A stretch of DNA of 64,000 nucleotides from Podarcis filfolensis. Taxonomy: Eukaryota. The notes under the pieces were generated by a model. It did not search any database, was not told the origin of the DNA, and worked only from the letters and a program-made list of their open reading frames with translations. Positions 59,094 to 64,000 of the stretch are shown in pieces. Location: NCBI GenBank assembly GCA_964270895.1, contig OZ185447.1. One strand, given 5' to 3'. Position 1 is the stretch's first letter, and every line of letters begins with the position of its first letter. The position numbers and the translations under genes were made by a program.

Positions 59094-60917
59094 CTTTATT
59101 GTCATTGTACAACCTGTGTACAGTGAAATTAAACGAGCCTCCCCCCCCCAAACACTCAGTCTCTTATCGAACGACACACTACCTCGCAAGTCAATTTTGC
59201 TATGTTATTTTCCGTTCAACAGCCTAACAGCCCACAAATAGAAGCTATTTTTTAGCCTGTTGGTACGGCTGATTATACAGTGGTACCTCTGGTTACGTAC
59301 TTAATTCGTTCTGGAGGTTCATTCATAACCTGAAACTGTTCTTAACCTGAAGCACCACTTTAGCTAATGGGACCTCCTGCTGCCACCACACAATTTCTGT
59401 TCTCATCCTGAAGCAAAGTTTTTAACCCGAGCTACTATTTCTGGGTTAGCAGAGTCTGTAACCTGAAGCGTATGTAACCTGAAGCATATGTAACCTGAGG
59501 TACCACTGTACTCCTATGTCTCCTGCCCGAGGGTAGAAGATTAAAGAGGTGATGGCCGGGGTGTGAGTCATCCCTGAGAATTTTTCTCACTCTCCTAAGG
59601 CAACGATCCCTTGCGATGTCATCTAGCAGGCTCAAGGGACAGCCCATGATATCATGTGCTGTATTCACCACCATCTGTAGAGACTTTCTGTCCATGGCTG
59701 TCAGGCCAGGATACCACACTGTGATACAATATGAAAGCAACTATGGGCTGAGTTTAAGAAAGGGCAGCCTCATCTCAACTAGGGGCATGCTTTCATTCTG
59801 TGCCCTGTCATGTGCCTTGTCCCCTGCCAGTAACAAAAACCGCCAAATTGTGCCTAATTCTCTGCCCCACCACTGTATCAGTGGTGTAAGAGGAAGCCCC
59901 CCAGGGGCAGGGTGCATGGAAAAGCAGCTTAATATTGTTTAAACTCAAACAGGATAAATTCAGCAGATAACTCAAAAGAGTAATTCACATAATGCTATAT
60001 GACCATACGTTTTTTCAGATATGGATGACTGCATCAGATGCCCAGCAAATGAGTATCCAAACCAGAAGAAAAATGGGTGCATCCAAAAAAGAATAAGCTT
60101 TCTTTCTTATGATGAATCTTTTGGGATCAGCTTGGCCTCCTTTGCTCTTTCCTTTTCCCTGATCACAATTTTGGTGATAGGAACTTTTATTAAATACAAT
60201 GACACTCCCATTGTCAAAGCTAACAACAGGGATCTCACCTACACTCTCCTCATTGCCCTCCTACTCTGCTTCCTCTCGTCATTTCTGTTCATCGGACACC
60301 CTGGGAAAGTGACCTGCCTTCTTCGCCAACCAATGTTTGGCATTGTCTTCTCATTGGCTGTTTCATGTGTGTTGGCAAAGACTGTCACTGTAGTTGTAGC
60401 ATTCATGGCTAGCAAGCCAGGGTCCAGTATGAGGAAGTGGGTGGGAAAGCGGCTGGCCTATGTTATTGTCCTTTCCTGTTCTCTTACTCAAGCTAGTATT
60501 TGTACTGTGTGGTTGATGACTTCTCCCCCATTCCCCCAACTAGACATGCACTCAGTAGCGGAAGAAACCATTGTGCAATGCAATGAAGGATCAGTGACCA
60601 TGTTTTACTGTGTCTTGGGCTACATGGGCCTCCTGGCCATTGCCAGCTTCATTGTGGCATTTGCAGCTCGCAAATTACCAGGCAGTTTCAATGAAGCCAA
60701 GTTCATTACCTTCAGCATGTTGCTGTTCTGCAGTGTTTGGCTGTCCTTTCTTCCAACATACTTGAGCACCAAAGGAAAATCCATGGTGGTGGTGGAGATC
60801 TTCTCCATCTTGTCTTCAAGTGCTGGATTGTTGGGCTGCATCTTTTCTCCTAAATGTTACATTATTTTCCTGAGGCCTGAGCTGAACAATAGGGATCAAA
60901 TAATGAAAAAGAACTGA
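53401..60917 (+). CDS. Vomeronasal type-2 receptor, gene E (more divergent), 875 aa
   Basis: Exons 53401-53615, 54686-54977, 56133-56999, 57333-57560, 58389-58515, 60019-60917. GT-AG, open frame. Confidence 0.92.
55715..55968 (-). mobile_element. Sauria SINE with internal deletion
   Basis: GTAAAGGTAAAGGGACCCCTG...GGTCATGTGGCCAGCATG...CCACAGTGCCACCCGCGTCCC; lacks about 110 bp of body relative to the 41269 copy. Confidence 0.85.
57991..58126. mobile_element. hAT-type MITE (136 bp)
   Basis: Long perfect TIR CAGGCATAGGCAAACTCTGCCCTCCAGATGTTT / AAACATCTGGAGGGCAGAGTTTGCCTATGCCTG. Perfect 8-bp TSD CCCTTTGC at 57983-57990 and 58127-58134. Confidence 0.92.
59047..59741 (-). mobile_element. 5'-truncated Rex1/Babar-like LINE, interrupted by a MITE
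   Basis: Minus peptide LSYCITVWY...[12 protein letters not shown]...[32 protein letters not shown] continues after the MITE as [21 protein letters not shown]. The 3' end is GACAATAAAGGT plus (ATT)n. Confidence 0.8.
59278..59508 (-). mobile_element. Tc1/mariner-superfamily MITE nested in the Rex1/Babar-like LINE
   Basis: TIRs with TA on both sides. Removing the element and one TA restores the LINE reading frame (AGA CAT AGG AGT ATA ATC AGC). Confidence 0.9.
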
Positions 60918-62591
60918 GCAATACCTTTGTTTCTATCTTACTGATTTATTATAAGATATATTTATTATGAATGTCTCCAGCATGTCCCTGTTTTGTTGGG
61001 AAAGGGGATTTAGTTTAGATTAAAAAAAACAACAACTACCCTATATTAATGTGCTCTGTCACCCTAGAACAGGGATGGGGAACCTTCCCAATTTTTCCCT
61101 AGCAGGGGCCCCAGCTAACAGGCCATTCAAGACACAGCACACCTACTAACACCACTCCTGACATTGTATGTGCCATCAAGTGTGGGGTGGGTACTGATAA
61201 TACTGAATCATGAACTGAAAGGAAGTTCTCAGTTTTTAGTTTGCTGGAGGAATGTGCTCTCCCAAGCTCAATAATGGAGGAACGCCTTGCTCCAGCATCA
61301 TATACAAAACGCACTATTAGAAAAGTTAGCGAACAAACTTAAACTAGCATAGGGACAAGCAAGTGAGGACACGTTCACACTGTTGTGGCTCCCATTTATC
61401 ACATATACAGCACAACACAATTCCTGGTTACACTCCTATCACGCCGATCATCAGGCCATTATTTTTTTCTCCACACCATTGGTCTTCAATTATTATCTAA
61501 AAGCCACAACCATTTGCAACTCACGGTGCCTGGCATAACCTGTCGTTCAGCTTCAAGCAAGAGGTCCTATCTCCAGAATGCCACCCCATTATACTCAAAG
61601 TGGAACTCAAGCCACATTTGTAAGTCAGTCTGAACATGATTCAACTTTATCCAGTCCCTTACCCTATCATCAGAAAAAGTGGTGCAAAAGTGCCTTTACC
61701 AGGGAGATAAGCAATCACAATACTGATTAGATTCTCATGTCTTACATTCAGATTTGCATATGGCTGTGGAGCCTCTAGGACTTGCCCATAAGTCTGAAGT
61801 GGTTAAGCTTTTGGATACAGAACTGGGACTGGGAGTGTGCACCAAGCAGGAAGAGGATGGCCTGAAGAGATTGTGATGGATTAGAAACTGGAAACATGCT
61901 TTAAAACAATAAGTTGTTACTGTTTCTGCTCTTGGGTTGAGCATGTGTCTGTGTTTGACAGCAGAAAGGGTGACATAAGCCAAACTCTATTTGCAAGGCT
62001 TTGGGTGTCTCAAGGAGCAGTAGCTCTGCTCCAGAATGGTGTTTGGATCTGGTGTGCTTTATCTCAGCCTTATTTACACCAGCTTCTAATACAATACCTG
62101 CATATAATTCATGCAATGAGACAAGTTGCCTGGTTTTAAATCATAGTTTAAATATGAAGTTGAGAAGTGGCTTTAATCTCAATATATAGCACTTCCGCTT
62201 TGTATCCAAAAACTAGTGCCTTTGCTCTCGAGTTTCCTGTTGTTGTTAGTTCACCAAGGAAAAATTCTTCTGCCCTCCCCCCCCCCCAATGTGGAGCAGA
62301 ATTGGGCGTAAAAATTAGCAAAAGTGTCACTCAGACTCCAAACTCTGAACAAGTGATTAATACTCCTATACTACAATTACTCAAATGACTGCAATCTCTT
62401 CACCAGGTAAAGCCCCCAGATGGTTTCATGAGGTAGGTAGAAAACAATCAACAAGCAAGCCAGAAAGTATTTGAAAAACAAGCTCATATGCTATGGAGAG
62501 TCAGGCAGGTCGCAATTTATGAGAATATAATCTCTGTTACTGCTACAGAAATGTATTTGATTAAATGTATATCATAACCTTGGCTGCCAGG

Positions 62592-62800
62592 ATGCTGCTG
62601 CTCTTGATGTTGCTGTTTCTAATAATTCCTGTTTCTAATACCTCTATCTGGTGCCCCAGGAATAATCCTTTTTCTGTTCCACATGAGTGGTACCAGCCAG
62701 GTGACCTAATCATTGGTGGGATTGTGTCTCAGAGCTATTACATTTTCTATGAAGTTTTATTCAAGGAACACCCATCACAGAACCTGTTTGATGTTTCATA
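62592..62800 (+). CDS. Exon 1 of a sixth V2R gene (gene F; remainder beyond the window)
   Basis: [47 protein letters not shown]...; donor TA|GTAAG at 62800/62801. The paralogous upstream module and intron-1 sequence follow. Confidence 0.85.
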
Positions 62801-64000
62801 GTAAGAAACTTTCATTCCCCCTCTAGACTGCCTTTCTCTTTTCTTATGTCTTTCAGAAAGGGATCTTAAGGGGAGGGAATATCTTATCACCAACATTTTC
62901 AAACTGCAACCATAGTCACATTTTGGCTGAATGGTGTTATTAAAAAGTTGTTCCAGTAACAATAATAAAAGCCTATCAGTTCACAAAGAATGTTTAATAA
63001 AATAAAAGCAGTGCATTTGCAATTTCTCTGCAGTATACATATTACGAGGAGTGGGGAAGAGAAGGGTGAAAATGAAAATAAATAGATAAGATTACATTGC
63101 ACAGAAATTCAAAATAAAAATAAAATTAGAGCTCTACCATGCACTATCCTGCAAAATCTCCAAAGTTTCTTTGCCTTTTGAAAGAGTATTATATTTTACT
63201 ACCTCTTACAGGTATCTAAGGTGATTTAAAGTTTTGGTGTGTGCTGAGTTGAAATTACTTCTTAGGTTAGGTGAGATGAGGCTGACATTTGTGAGGTCAT
63301 TTGCCTTTCAAGTAACCTTTTTTTATGTGGCTCCTGATCTGAAAAAAAAGCTCCATGGGAGGAATAACATTGTGGTGAAACTCCCTGGGCTTTAACGTAA
63401 CTGCTGTAAGTGGGTGTATTTGGAGGGATCCGGAGATTGGATGGGTTGTATTGCTGCAGACAGGGATTACCAGCACTTCAGGTTGGATGGCACAGGGAAA
63501 CCTGAGGTTGTCAGGCTGAGGCATTAGGCAAGCAAGAGAGGCAGGTATTGAGCTGGAAAACCAAGAAAAAATCTGAGACAAATTTTACAACTAGCCATCT
63601 CTTCCAGTGAGAAAGTAAATCCATTCCCACTTGATTCCCCCTTCTCTCAGATGCCCCGCAGGCCTAATGACTGTGCTTAGCTACTGTGGACTGCACACCT
63701 CAAACCTGTGATTCAGATGTGCCTGACCCTACCCCAGCTGTGTGCTGAGAAACAAGCCCCACTGAATTCAATGCAACTTTCAGATAATGAGGTATAAGAT
63801 TGTAGCTTTCATGGTCCAGAACATACTTCTTCGGTTAAATGAAGTTGTCACCAACTAAAGGATAAACAGACTTCTTTTATTTTTTTATTCAGTAGCTAAG
63901 ATGAAATGCCAAAGAGCAGCAAATGTGTGAAAGTATCATGCAAAACAGATACGACCTGTTCAATCATGGATTTTCTCTGGACAGTGTGATTTTTATTCGC

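Overview
Eukaryotic, AT-rich vertebrate DNA. The repeat content (Sauria SINE, L2, CR1, Penelope-like fragments, CAGTGGTACC-ended MITEs) points to a squamate, probably a lacertid lizard; this is an inference. The window is a tandem, all-plus-strand cluster of vomeronasal type-2 receptor (V2R, class C GPCR) genes. Five complete 6-exon genes (A 4782-12966, B 16656-29281, C 30886-38497, D 42143-48887, E 53401-60917) were reconstructed by hand with GT-AG introns and consistent phases, giving 874-875 aa each. Also present are exon 1 of a sixth gene (F, from 62592), a pseudogenic 7TM exon and two orphan exon-2 relics. Intron 3 of gene B carries a very young Ty1/copia LTR retrotransposon (20532-25366) with a 5-bp TSD, an uninterrupted 1336-aa gag-pol ORF and a half-tRNA-iMet PBS. 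Its most unusual features are: (i) a 15-nt sense copy of the tRNA-iMet segment just 3' of the primer region inside both LTRs; (ii) a Gag that appears to lack the capsid C-terminal part and the CCHC knuckle and carries a triplicated Gag-protease junction; (iii) a 5' LTR shortened by two microhomology-bounded deletions. Paralog comparison shows mosaic gene-conversion-like tracts, empty sites that confirm TSDs, and several rearrangement junctions. All family calls come from motif recognition, with no database search.
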